In this document: positions 54,785 through 63,458 of the stretch, piece by piece
How positions within the stretch are numbered: the stretch's first letter is position 1
Layout of the letters: each line of letters begins with the position of its first letter
Source: a virus
Virus record (IMG/VR): IMGVR_UViG_3300025892_000009
Reading direction: 5' to 3' (one strand)
Length of the DNA: 64,000 bases
Position numbers and translations under genes: made by a program
Notes under the pieces: model-generated
What the model was told of the DNA's origin: nothing
The model's input: the letters and a program-made list of their open reading frames with translations, nothing else
Database searches by the model: none

Positions 54785-54972
54785 TTTGTTGGTTGATACT
54801 TTAGAAATTCTCTAAAAGTCATTTTCATTTCCCTTTCAGTCATACCACAAAGTTTTGCAGCATTGGGTAAATTTATTTTGGCGTGGTAAAGTCCTACATT
54901 TGCTTCTTTAACCAACTCTGGGGTGGTAATTACCTTAGCGTCCTTGACCACGATACTTTTTTTTCTTGTCAT
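54775..54972 (-). CDS. Small helix-turn-helix-like hypothetical protein
   Basis: 65 aa containing LPNAAKLCGMTEREMKMTFREFL. Start uncertain (overlaps the upstream ORF). Confidence 0.7.
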   Translation of the reverse strand: MTRKKSIVVKDAKVITTPELVKEANVGLYHAKINLPNAAKLCGMTEREMKMTFREFLKYQPTNWE

Positions 54973-55084
54973 TTCGAGAAGTTGCGCTGAGTTTAGTGTT
55001 TTTAGAGTTGCCCTGACGAGTCATTTTGGGATTTCCAGGTACCCAAGTATCCTTCACCAGTCCAGTTTTTGCTCGTGTTGCCAT
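54935..55084 (-). CDS. 49-aa very basic peptide
   Basis: Hand translation MATRAKTGLVKDTWVPGNPKMTRQGNSKNTKLSATSRNDKKKKYRGQGR. GGAG Shine-Dalgarno and AATAAATA upstream. Confidence 0.8.
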   Translation of the reverse strand: MATRAKTGLVKDTWVPGNPKMTRQGNSKNTKLSATSRNDKKKKYRGQGR

Positions 55085-55118
55085 TAGTGCTCCGTTTAGA
55101 CTTACCAATCATAGCAGA

Positions 55119-55126
55119 TATTTATT
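55119..55126 (-). promoter_or_regulatory. Late promoter AATAAATA
   Basis: Overlaps the stop of the PAAR-like gene, 34 nt upstream of the ATG at 55084. Confidence 0.55.
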
Positions 55127-55658
55127 ATGATGACAATACTGTTGGATGTCCCCATGCAACAACAGAAGAGCAGGGAAGTGACCATCCAGGAAATCCAACA
55201 CCAAGTGGATCCAGTATCCTTGCCACTGGCAATTTCAATGCAAACACGGTTAGAGTAGTTGAAACAACAGTTCTTACATGTCCAATACCACCATTGTCCT
55301 CAATAGTTAGTGGACTGCATAGAATTGGTGTTGGAATAGCACAGATCGCATTGCCACATGGGCAAAGATAGATGATAATATTTGTGCAAGTTGAAAAATG
55401 AAGACTAAATGTGTCACCCATCAACATAATGGGAACACTATTCACCAATACAGTCGCTCTGAAAGGATTAACTGCAGTGAGTGGGATTAAAGGATATGGT
55501 GGCCACCAGCAAGTAAAATTCTTAATGATAATACTATATGGAATTGGGGGACTACCACACGATTGGACTGAGTGAATAGTTGAAGGTATGCATAATCCAT
55601 GCCCAGAGCATGGCAGTCCATTGAGAGATGCAACAGGTTTTAAAAATCCGTATGCCAT
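55125..55658 (-). CDS. PAAR-like baseplate spike-tip protein (gp5.4 analogue)
   Basis: CSGHG, TVLVNSVPIMLMGD...H, TVFALKLPVARILDPL and CSSVVAWGHPTVLSS: three degenerate PAAR-like repeats with Cys/His. Confidence 0.75.
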   Translation of the reverse strand: MAYGFLKPVASLNGLPCSGHGLCIPSTIHSVQSCGSPPIPYSIIIKNFTCWWPPYPLIPLTAVNPFRATVLVNSVPIMLMGDTFSLHFSTCTNIIIYLCPCGNAICAIPTPILCSPLTIEDNGGIGHVRTVVSTTLTVFALKLPVARILDPLGVGFPGWSLPCSSVVAWGHPTVLSS

Positions 55659-55660
55659 AA

Positions 55661-58600
55661 TTAAATATCGTCGTTAAGTTCGTTTCCATCATCCCAAAAA
55701 GTGGCACCAGAGCACTCATCAAAGTATGGGTTGCCCATATTCCGAATTGTCCTTGCTAATGCAATAACACCTCCAGTCAACCAATTTCTAACCATCATTG
55801 TGCCATCATAAGATCCCAAGTGCATAACCTTGCCATTACCATCCCCATAGTCATATGTGCGTTGTGGATCAACGGCAATAGAAGCATCATTAACTTGCTC
55901 CAATCCACATGCAGGAGGTCCTCCAGTGCCACCAAGAAGGAATACGAATGGGAATCCAAGGTAACCACCAGCAAATGAATTACATAGGGAACAGAATGGA
56001 TTAACTGGTCCTGAAGGTGTTGTGTGTCCTCCTTCAGTATCTCCAAAGGCAGGTCCTGTAATCTCCCAGAATCGCTCTCCAGGCATCCCGTTTCCATTAG
56101 TATCATATCCACAGTAAACGTCTAAAGGAGCGTCTGAGGGCGATCCTGTGCCCCTTACATACTTATCCCAGCAGTCCTGGTTGGGTGCGTTAGTGTCACC
56201 TGGATCAGGACTACAATCAAAAGTGAATGCAGTATATTGATTGCCATCATTATAATTTGTAGTAGAAGATGATGAGGAGGTTGTAGTCTCTCCAGTCTCG
56301 GGATCTGTAGTGGATGTAGTCGTAGTCGTAGTTTCACCCCATTGCCACGATACTGGATTATTTGATGTTAAACCACCACCTGTCAAATTATCTCCTAACC
56401 ACAATCTAAACTGTTGGTATTCGGAGAATCCACTTCTATTGTAATCGAATGTATTCTCATCCAATCCTACAGGCACAAATACAATGTCATTTTGATCTGA
56501 TGGATCCCTATAACATCTACCATTAATTGCACCACGTCTACAACTCCAAGTCCTATAACCACCTTCAGGTTTTCTACTCATAGTGAGTTTAGGTTTTTGG
56601 AAAGATGAGAAGTAATTCATAAAGTCAGAACCCATAGATCCAGTGACTCTACCTTCAACCTCCAAAGATACTCTAAACATAGCTTCCTTCTCCTCAGAAG
56701 CACAATACTTGTAAGGTAAGTATCCAAATGCTTTTTGATCTCCTTCATCATCAGATGCTAGATATGCACATGGCATATCAAACCATCGTCTTACATTGTA
56801 AATGTTAGGTTGTCCCATTGTAATACAACGATCACCACCGAATGCACCATAGAGACCATTCATGTCATCTAGATACGCATCCGCCCTCTTGAATCCGTCT
56901 TCCACTAAGGATGCTCCATCTTTTTGAAATGCAGCTACTCCAGGATTTATACTAGTGTATTGAAATAATCCATCCCAGTTTTCTGGCACTTGACCCAACT
57001 GTCCTTCTGACGGGATATCAATACAATTTGCAGGAAGGTCAAAACAGAATTTAGTTACGTCATCAGAAATATCAGGAGCACGTAGGTAAGTATCAACAAC
57101 TGAAACCGCTGGTCCTGTAGTGGCAGTCACGAAAGATCCCTGCATGAATCCATTCAGTCGCTCATAGTCTGCTGCTGGTAATGCACTTTGAAATTTACTT
57201 GCAAAACTTGTGCCCATTTCCTCAATGGTTTTTTCACTTTCTTGTTTGTTGCCTTTTGCGATCGGTGGACTTTCATAGTCAAATGTTTCAGGTTCTGCAA
57301 TGAAAATCGTAGGAGGCTCGCTTTGATCATATCCAGATCCACCATCTACTACACGAATACTTTGAATTGATCCGAGATCATCAATATCAGAAATTGACAA
57401 TACTGCTTTCTTTAATCTAATTTTCTCCTGATTCTTATCAAGAGCATATGGCACTTGACCTATTTCTACACCATAACTGTCAATGGTCTCAAAAATGTTA
57501 TCATCAATTGTGAATGATGCATCTGGTGTATTGAAAGATTGTCCAAGGACCTCATCTTCAGATGCAACAACACCATCTTTCATAAACTTAGTTAAGTCAC
57601 CAGCACCAAAGTCTTCCAACACTCGTGGGTTAATTGCTTCTGCAAATGGTTTCTTATATCCTCTACCACCTGCAACCATGATCACTTCTGTGATCTCACC
57701 ATTATTACCTACAACTGCTACTGCCTCTGCCTTATCTAATGTGCGAGATGGTATCAATGCTTTAGGATTGATCGACACTTTCCAATATGCAATGCGCTTA
57801 GGAAATTCATAGGTCCCTGCGAATGCTGCCTTATTTTTGATACCATACCCAGCAAGCACAGTTATCTCCGCGCCATCTGGAGAAGTATAGGTATCTAGAT
57901 AATTAAATGCATTTCCAGATTGTTGAGCAGTCAATTCAATAGTGCCTGCTCTTAACTCATCACCATAATATAAGACATTAGAAATGTCCCATCCGTTAAT
58001 CTTATCACCTCTCTTGAAAGAACCGCTGGTATTACCACCAGTATAGCGGAATAGTAGTGTCCTCGAATCAGTATCAACAATATTAAATCCTTCTCTCACA
58101 CCAAAGGTGCTGACATCATTAAGGGTAATGCGGGTTCTGGTAGTTTCCCATGAGTCGCTTTTGATCTGATAGAAATGTGAATAGTAATGCGTTGCAGGTA
58201 CACAGGCTGGCACCATTATAGTGCTAGTAGTGCTACCATCAGGTCCAACTGCAGTTGTGGTCTCCTTTGGTACAGTGGTATTAGGACAACATGCTGCATC
58301 GTTTAGAGCATACTGAATACCAAAGATGGGACCATTCCATGGATATGTTGTATCGTACAGATAGTAATAAAACTGTGAGTCATAACTATCCTCAAACCCT
58401 AAGAATCTTGGCACTGCTCCTTTGATAGCACCATTCAATCCATACAACCATTCAAAGTTTGCATCGGGATCAATAATCTCTACATTATCAGGATTACCAA
58501 ATCCAACTACACCTGGTGTCCCACCACTACATGATGAGGGTTTCCCCGCAGTGCCACGGTCCCCTCGACCCCATCCGTTAAAACTTTTACAGAAAGGATC

Positions 58601-59515
58601 AAATCCACGGAAGTAATTTCCTAAACTATAATTACTACCATCAGCTTCAAATTGATACCACCCTGTCTTATCAATGCATTGACCAGTAGGACCAATTTTA
58701 CCAATATCTCTTACTTGTACCTTTGCTGCATCTAATGCTGCTGGATCGAAAACATATCCTAAGATACCCTGATAGTCATAACGCTCATTCAAACGCTTCT
58801 TAGGGGCAATAGGACCACCTCTCAGGTCTACTTCAGAGGCAGGATCGATTGTATAAAAATCATCAATGTCCACTCCACTACTAGCACTTCTACTACCGTG
58901 CTGATAATGATATAAAGGTGTTACACCAGAAATACCAGGATTACTTGTATACACATACCCAATGATACCTAGATCTTTATATTGCCCCTTTCCATCTCCT
59001 GTACTTCCAGGAGTATCATTGTTTAATGTGAATACAGTATTGTCAGGCCAATATGAATACCATAGTCTAAGTGGTGCAGTCCCTGGTAAATTCTCATTCA
59101 GAATATAAAAGACAGGTCTACCATTACGAGGCTCCTTTGCATATCCTCCCGCTGCGGATTTCCAATCCTCATTCTCCGCACCCATATCACGCTGTGATAA
59201 CTCAGCGCCGATCGAATACTTATGATCTCTTTTATTGCTCCGATAATAACGATAGACAGGTGATCTATTACCCCATGCACCAACTAATGTTGGATCGTTA
59301 TCTCCAATATAATGTACACTATCTGTACCCATGGGCATAGACCCTGGTCCTGCCCCCTCAAAAGTAATAAAATAGTCAGTCCCCGTGCCTAACTCAGGAG
59401 CACTTGAATGTGACCTATACTTAGACGATGAGGGGCGTTTAAATGGTTTTGTAAATTCACGAGAAGATATAGGGTTTGGAAAACTTCTTGCGGTCTCCTC
59501 AACATACGCTGCCAT
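55661..59515 (-). CDS. Large Cys-containing structural protein with N-terminal DUF5648-like repeats
   Basis: 1284 aa. Repeats PVYRYY..DHKYS, PLRLWY..NTVFT and PLYHY..DDFYT with LGYVF/IGYVY. Two GSGY modules. Immediately upstream of the PAAR-like gene. Confidence 0.7.
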   Translation of the reverse strand: MAAYVEETARSFPNPISSREFTKPFKRPSSSKYRSHSSAPELGTGTDYFITFEGAGPGSMPMGTDSVHYIGDNDPTLVGAWGNRSPVYRYYRSNKRDHKYSIGAELSQRDMGAENEDWKSAAGGYAKEPRNGRPVFYILNENLPGTAPLRLWYSYWPDNTVFTLNNDTPGSTGDGKGQYKDLGIIGYVYTSNPGISGVTPLYHYQHGSRSASSGVDIDDFYTIDPASEVDLRGGPIAPKKRLNERYDYQGILGYVFDPAALDAAKVQVRDIGKIGPTGQCIDKTGWYQFEADGSNYSLGNYFRGFDPFCKSFNGWGRGDRGTAGKPSSCSGGTPGVVGFGNPDNVEIIDPDANFEWLYGLNGAIKGAVPRFLGFEDSYDSQFYYYLYDTTYPWNGPIFGIQYALNDAACCPNTTVPKETTTAVGPDGSTTSTIMVPACVPATHYYSHFYQIKSDSWETTRTRITLNDVSTFGVREGFNIVDTDSRTLLFRYTGGNTSGSFKRGDKINGWDISNVLYYGDELRAGTIELTAQQSGNAFNYLDTYTSPDGAEITVLAGYGIKNKAAFAGTYEFPKRIAYWKVSINPKALIPSRTLDKAEAVAVVGNNGEITEVIMVAGGRGYKKPFAEAINPRVLEDFGAGDLTKFMKDGVVASEDEVLGQSFNTPDASFTIDDNIFETIDSYGVEIGQVPYALDKNQEKIRLKKAVLSISDIDDLGSIQSIRVVDGGSGYDQSEPPTIFIAEPETFDYESPPIAKGNKQESEKTIEEMGTSFASKFQSALPAADYERLNGFMQGSFVTATTGPAVSVVDTYLRAPDISDDVTKFCFDLPANCIDIPSEGQLGQVPENWDGLFQYTSINPGVAAFQKDGASLVEDGFKRADAYLDDMNGLYGAFGGDRCITMGQPNIYNVRRWFDMPCAYLASDDEGDQKAFGYLPYKYCASEEKEAMFRVSLEVEGRVTGSMGSDFMNYFSSFQKPKLTMSRKPEGGYRTWSCRRGAINGRCYRDPSDQNDIVFVPVGLDENTFDYNRSGFSEYQQFRLWLGDNLTGGGLTSNNPVSWQWGETTTTTTSTTDPETGETTTSSSSSTTNYNDGNQYTAFTFDCSPDPGDTNAPNQDCWDKYVRGTGSPSDAPLDVYCGYDTNGNGMPGERFWEITGPAFGDTEGGHTTPSGPVNPFCSLCNSFAGGYLGFPFVFLLGGTGGPPACGLEQVNDASIAVDPQRTYDYGDGNGKVMHLGSYDGTMMVRNWLTGGVIALARTIRNMGNPYFDECSGATFWDDGNELNDDI

Positions 59516-59775
59516 TATATACCAGTTATTGTCTCAATCGTATTTATGCGCTCAAAGATATTATCAAGTAACTCTTTCATGTTACTATAATCTTCATTAC
59601 CTTCAATCTTATACTTGATCATATCAGCACCTGGTGGTGGTAAACGTTGAATCGCTTCCTCCATAATTGCTTGACGCTTTGCTAGATTCTCAATCGCCTT
59701 ACTGATATTCTCAAATGCCCACTTCAAATACTCTGCATCACTCTTGAATTCTGGGATAGAATTTTCTTCAGTCAT
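59515..59775 (-). CDS. Helical hypothetical protein
   Basis: 86 aa; TAATG overlap with the downstream gene. Confidence 0.75.
   Translation of the reverse strand: MTEENSIPEFKSDAEYLKWAFENISKAIENLAKRQAIMEEAIQRLPPPGADMIKYKIEGNEDYSNMKELLDNIFERINTIETITGI
59541..59548 (-). promoter_or_regulatory. Late promoter CATAAATA
   Basis: 25 nt upstream of the 1284-aa gene ATG. Confidence 0.55.
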
Positions 59776-59802
59776 AGTCTCACGCGGTTTTTACGGTTTT
59801 TT

Positions 59803-60003
59803 TCATTCTTCAACGCCTTTCATAATCACAGTGCCGTCAATGTCTTCGCTCCACTCAATCAGAGTCCCCTCTGACCATCCCATCTCGTCGAGTAACTCGT
59901 CGGGTAATGTTAGAAAACATTCACCATGCTCATCAACCTCTACAGGTAATACGTGTCTTTTCATATCTTCAGTGTTGACTTCTGAATTATGTATATTTTT
60001 CAT
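59803..60003 (-). CDS. AbrB/MazE/SpoVT-like DNA-binding protein
   Basis: VEVDEHGECFLTLPDELLDEMGWSEGTLIEW...GTVIMK matches the swapped-hairpin pattern. Confidence 0.75.
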   Translation of the reverse strand: MKNIHNSEVNTEDMKRHVLPVEVDEHGECFLTLPDELLDEMGWSEGTLIEWSEDIDGTVIMKGVEE

Positions 60004-60188
60004 TATTTGATACCTTGCATACTTACTCTCATAATCTTCTCATAACACGCCTTACAGGCGATCCTGAGAGTCTCTGAGAGGGTAATTGCAATATATGTCA
60101 GTTGCTCCCCAATTGTTGTGGTGAAAACCTGGGGAGTACTTTTATACCCTGGGAAATTTTTTTCTGTAGGGGGGACTCGCAATTTCAT
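60003..60188 (-). CDS. Hypothetical protein (start uncertain)
   Basis: 61 aa ORF whose stop overlaps the next ATG (TAATG). The 5' part is doubtful. Confidence 0.45.
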   Translation of the reverse strand: MKLRVPPTEKNFPGYKSTPQVFTTTIGEQLTYIAITLSETLRIACKACYEKIMRVSMQGIK

Positions 60189-60292
60189 TTGATATATCTC
60201 TCGGGCATTGTGATACTTTTGTAGGTTAGGGTAGTATGCGATTTTAATATACCGCCTTCGCTATGTTAACATAACGGCATCAATAACACTGT

Positions 60293-60514
60293 CTATGTAT
60301 CACCTACCACTATGTCGTAACATAATCCCTCCGCTATGTAATAATCACATATTTGTTGATATTGTATGAGGTGATCATCTAGATCTAAGTCAATCAAACG
60401 TTGCATCAATTCGATACACTCATCAGGGGGTAACTGTCCCTCATCATAAAGATCTAGCATGCATTCTAGTTGATGTGGAATAGATGCTAGATCGTTGCTG
60501 CGACTGTTACTCAT
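60293..60514 (-). CDS. Acidic hypothetical protein
   Basis: 73 aa; ATGA overlap with the upstream ORF. Confidence 0.7.
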   Translation of the reverse strand: MSNSRSNDLASIPHQLECMLDLYDEGQLPPDECIELMQRLIDLDLDDHLIQYQQICDYYIAEGLCYDIVVGDT

Positions 60515-60675
60515 GGTTGAGAGAATGACTGTGCGTCAGTGTGTGCTTGTTGTGATGATTTGAATGGTCCATACTTAGGACAACCATCATAATCGTATGC
60601 CCAAAAGTATTTCCTACTCTTCTCCCAGATCTTGATATTTACTGGGGGTTGTGTGGCAAGTTGAATAGTTTTCAT
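60511..60675 (-). CDS. 54-aa hypothetical protein
   Basis: Hand translation MKTIQLATQPPVNIKIWEKSRKYFWAYDYDGCPKYGPFKSSQQAHTDAQSFSQP. ATGA overlaps on both sides. Confidence 0.8.
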   Translation of the reverse strand: MKTIQLATQPPVNIKIWEKSRKYFWAYDYDGCPKYGPFKSSQQAHTDAQSFSQP

Positions 60676-60794
60676 TGAAAATCTCCTTGGTAAGACTCTT
60701 CTAGTGATTCGTTGATGTTATCATCATGGTCGATTGAATCGTCTTCCAACATGTCATCAATCCAATCGGGTAACGTTGGCAAAGTGTCATTCAT
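60672..60794 (-). CDS. 40-aa very acidic peptide (track ORF 60672..60857; likely start MNDTL)
   Basis: MNDTLPTLPDWIDDMLEDDSIDHDDNINESLEESYQGDFQ. Start overlaps the upstream stop. Confidence 0.6.
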   Translation of the reverse strand: MNDTLPTLPDWIDDMLEDDSIDHDDNINESLEESYQGDFQ

Positions 60795-60957
60795 AATCAG
60801 TGTTGTTGTCAACTTTAGGTGTGCGCTGTGTGTAGTCTTCTGAAGAGAAATTGTCATAATCTTTCTGACGCTTACTGCCAGATGTTTGCCTCTTCTCCCT
60901 AATAGATTTGGGGCGTCTGCTGTTATGCAGATCGTTTCGTTTGTAAGTCCGTCCCAT
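60787..60957 (-). CDS. 56-aa basic peptide (track ORF 60787..61050; likely start MGRTYK)
   Basis: The ATG at 60957 lies just downstream of the perfect sigma70 promoter, which falls inside the longer track ORF. Confidence 0.7.
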   Translation of the reverse strand: MGRTYKRNDLHNSRRPKSIREKRQTSGSKRQKDYDNFSSEDYTQRTPKVDNNTDYE

Positions 60958-60979
60958 GGTGTTGTGTGATTGCTTTAGT

Positions 60980-61008
60980 AGTATACAGGGAAAATGAGTT
61001 ACTGTCAA
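60980..61008 (-). promoter_or_regulatory. Strong sigma70-type early promoter
   Basis: TTGACA-17 nt-TATACT, with TG adjacent to the -10 box. Confidence 0.85.
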
Positions 61009-61138
61009 TAATTTGAAAAATCTCGCTTCATGTGTTACAGTCTTAGACAACAGCAGTAGAGACCATTTAGAGACATTTGTGAGACCTATTTAGGGAGGCA
61101 AATAAAACACTAAAGTATATTTAATTAACCATTTAAAG

Positions 61139-61191
61139 TTATCCACAGAAAAGCGCAATCCTGTGGAAAACTATTAGATAGTTGTGGAATA
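61139..61191. promoter_or_regulatory. Cluster of DnaA-box-like 9-mers
   Basis: TTATCCACA (61139-61147, +), TTTTCCACA (61162-61170, -) and TATTCCACA (61183-61191, -, one mismatch), next to an AT-rich tract. Confidence 0.65.
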
Positions 61192-61198
61192 GTAGTGT

Positions 61199-61849
61199 TT
61201 AACCAATGGGGACAATGTTAGCAGTGAGAGAGATACGTTGACCTTCAGAGTTATTATCAAACCCATGAGTGATGTTAGAAGGATAGATGATAATATCACC
61301 TTCTACCATATTGAATGTTGCTTCAGTCATATTGTATGGAGTTGGTTCTGTTGAATCAAATTGCATGACTTGATAGAAATTAGATGCAACGTTACGTCTC
61401 CATTTAATGAATGCATGTTTAGATGGATCGTAGTTAACTAGGTAAGTGATGGAGAATAAACAATTAGAGTGCTCATGAGGTGCATAGATTGCCTGCTCAT
61501 CTGCGAGTTCTAAGTAAGAATCTTGAATACCAAATTTAGTGTTGTATTTGTGAGCGTTATCGTTATGAGATTGAGTTGCTGTGATGAGTTGTTGTGCAAT
61601 ATGTGGAAGGTCTAGGAGTAATTGATTGTTTGGACCTATTTGAGAAATGTTATGGGAGATTGCTTCTCTACCATGTGGATTAACGATTGTGTTAGATGAC
61701 ATCCATTCGAGGATATCTTTCTTGTGTTGAGTATGATTTGGATTAGTGTATTTTGTGACAGGGAGGGGGAATAAACCGTAAGTTTCTACGGTGATTTTAT
61801 CTTCAAGAGAATCGGAAAGTGTACCAGAAAGAGGATCAGTCATAATCAA
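61199..61849 (-). CDS. 2OG-Fe(II) oxygenase (TIGR02466-like)
   Basis: LFPLPV start, HEHSNCLFSITYLVN, EGDIIIYPSNITHG and RISLTAN. Confidence 0.85.
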   Translation of the reverse strand: MIMTDPLSGTLSDSLEDKITVETYGLFPLPVTKYTNPNHTQHKKDILEWMSSNTIVNPHGREAISHNISQIGPNNQLLLDLPHIAQQLITATQSHNDNAHKYNTKFGIQDSYLELADEQAIYAPHEHSNCLFSITYLVNYDPSKHAFIKWRRNVASNFYQVMQFDSTEPTPYNMTEATFNMVEGDIIIYPSNITHGFDNNSEGQRISLTANIVPIG

Positions 61850-62046
61850 GAAATGATTGAATAAGTTACATTAGTTATACACCAACCTGTTGCATCTGAG
61901 ATCGTATTAGAGAGATCATCTTCTGAATCTGTTTTCCAATTGCCGATGCATCTATTGATGATTGATTGTTGATCTTCTGGTGAGATTGCATCATTACCAG
62001 TCTCATCAGTAAAATCAAATTCAATGGCATTGACGTTAACTTGCAT
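61846..62046 (-). CDS. Small acidic hypothetical protein
   Basis: 66 aa: IEFDFTDE...LSNTISDATGWCITNVTY. ATGA overlap downstream. Confidence 0.75.
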   Translation of the reverse strand: MQVNVNAIEFDFTDETGNDAISPEDQQSIINRCIGNWKTDSEDDLSNTISDATGWCITNVTYSIIS

Positions 62047-62057
62047 GATTAATTGTT

Positions 62058-62300
62058 TTAGTGAATGACTTGATGCGTTGCCATATCATAGTGTTTGATA
62101 TGTTTGGTAACTTGATTTCGTGTTACTTGAGAGATAGTAGCACGTTTAATGTTAATACCATTAGATCGATTACCTAGGAGACGATATGCAGTTTGAAAGG
62201 AAGTATTAGATGGAAATGATACAAAGGTCTCGATTGTGTTTTTCCTACGTGTAGAGCGAGAAACTTTAAGGATCATTTCACGATAAACTTTAAGGATCAT
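62058..62300 (-). CDS. Hypothetical protein (track ORF to 62354; start likely 62300 or 62276)
   Basis: Duplicated start MILKVYRE/MILKVSRS. Confidence 0.55.
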   Translation of the reverse strand: MILKVYREMILKVSRSTRRKNTIETFVSFPSNTSFQTAYRLLGNRSNGINIKRATISQVTRNQVTKHIKHYDMATHQVIH

Positions 62301-62370
62301 AATAAGATGAGGATGAAAACAAGAGTATAAAATTGAGAGTAGACTTTTGCCCACTCTCTTTTAGTTTTAA

Positions 62371-62712
62371 TCATGCAAAGACGTAACCGCCTTTGAAATC
62401 TTCTGTTTTGTATACATTTTTGCCATTCATTGCACCGACAAACTTTCTTACATACCAGACGAAATCCTTCTGGAATACTCCCTCGCCAGCGATGCAGAAC
62501 TCATCACAAAGTGCATTGAGTCTGGATTTAGTTGTATTGGACTGCCAACCGCCATCGAAAATGGTCAGGGAGCAATCATCAATCAATGCGATCTTATTGC
62601 CGTGCAGATAGACAGTGGAAACACCCATATTGGTGACGACCTGAGTATTTCCTGATGACCAGTTGGCATTGCTCTTGATTGCCTGATTCATCTGGGTTTC
62701 AATCTTACGCAT
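62371..62712 (-). CDS. Cyanophage early-region hypothetical protein
   Basis: 113 aa: MRKIETQMNQAI...VYLHGNKIA...DGGWQSNTTKSRLNAL. Downstream of a promoter cassette. Confidence 0.85.
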   Translation of the reverse strand: MRKIETQMNQAIKSNANWSSGNTQVVTNMGVSTVYLHGNKIALIDDCSLTIFDGGWQSNTTKSRLNALCDEFCIAGEGVFQKDFVWYVRKFVGAMNGKNVYKTEDFKGGYVFA

Positions 62713-62771
62713 GATTCTGAGTTGAGTTTAGTTTGGTGTGAGAGGCGGTCTTCTGTGCCCCTCTTGTCTGT

Positions 62772-62799
62772 ATTGTAGCAGTTTTGGGAGGGTTGCCAA
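62772..62799 (-). promoter_or_regulatory. Early promoter cassette copy 1
   Basis: TTGGCA-16 nt-TACAAT with TGC before the -10 box. ACTGTACCCAAAAT upstream. Confidence 0.7.
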
Positions 62800-62835
62800 C
62801 GTGTTGACCCAATTTTGGGTACAGTGGCGTGATTG

Positions 62836-62967
62836 TCACATGGCATCGATTTGTCTTTGAATAGTCTCGTTTCTTTCGTTGATTGTATTAACCAAAGATG
62901 AATCTAGTAATCCGATGAGTAGATTAGCACCACAGATGACGATGATAGCAGAAAGAGCGATACGCAT
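62836..62967 (-). CDS. 43-aa membrane-anchored peptide
   Basis: Hand translation MRIALSAIIVICGANLLIGLLDSSLVNTINERNETIQRQIDAM. Confidence 0.7.
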   Translation of the reverse strand: MRIALSAIIVICGANLLIGLLDSSLVNTINERNETIQRQIDAM

Positions 62968-63022
62968 GAGGAAAAGATTTAGTAAAGAATGTGAAGTGAT
63001 TAGTGTTAGATAAACGCTTCAA

Positions 63023-63262
63023 TTACATGCCATTCATATACTCGTGCAACTCTTCTAAGTATTGCTCTTCGGTGTCAAATTGACGACCATGGATAACACA
63101 AGGGAAAGTTTTCTTTTGAAACATAGTGGACGCAACTTGCACGTCTTGTTTGTCATAACCCATTTCGAGCAGGGTGTTTACATAAGGATTGGAAGTAGTC
63201 ATAGGTTTGTATAAAGAAAGATCTGTAAGTTGTTGTAAGGAGTTGTGAAAGATATCAATCAT
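63023..63262 (-). CDS. Hypothetical protein (track ORF to 63304; start 63262 or 63202)
   Basis: NPYVNTLLEMGYDKQDVQ...FPCVIHGRQFDTEEQY. Confidence 0.65.
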   Translation of the reverse strand: MIDIFHNSLQQLTDLSLYKPMTTSNPYVNTLLEMGYDKQDVQVASTMFQKKTFPCVIHGRQFDTEEQYLEELHEYMNGM

Positions 63263-63458
63263 TTGCTGCTTCGCAGTATACATCATAGAAGCAATCAAAG
63301 GCATCTAAATCACCCGCAAAGGAGTTGATTTGTGCTTGGTCACATACCCAATCAAATGCCATATCAATGTCAGCACCTGTTTCCATCACAAAGGATTGTA
63401 ACCCTTGAAGAGCACTAACGAAAGCAGAGTTGTTGAGAAGCATTTTGTTGTTTGTCAT
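63255..63458 (-). CDS. Hypothetical protein
   Basis: 67 aa: ADIDMAFDWVCDQA. Confidence 0.75.
   Translation of the reverse strand: MTNNKMLLNNSAFVSALQGLQSFVMETGADIDMAFDWVCDQAQINSFAGDLDAFDCFYDVYCEAAND

Noticed and set aside
55069-55371. 100-aa plus-strand ORF
   Set aside because: It is antisense to the PAAR-like gene and the 49-aa basic gene, and all credible genes in the window are on the minus strand.
58540-58580. RGD motif in the 1284-aa protein (GWGRGDRG)
   Set aside because: A single tripeptide is expected by chance in a protein this long and has no obvious relevance to a cyanobacterial host.
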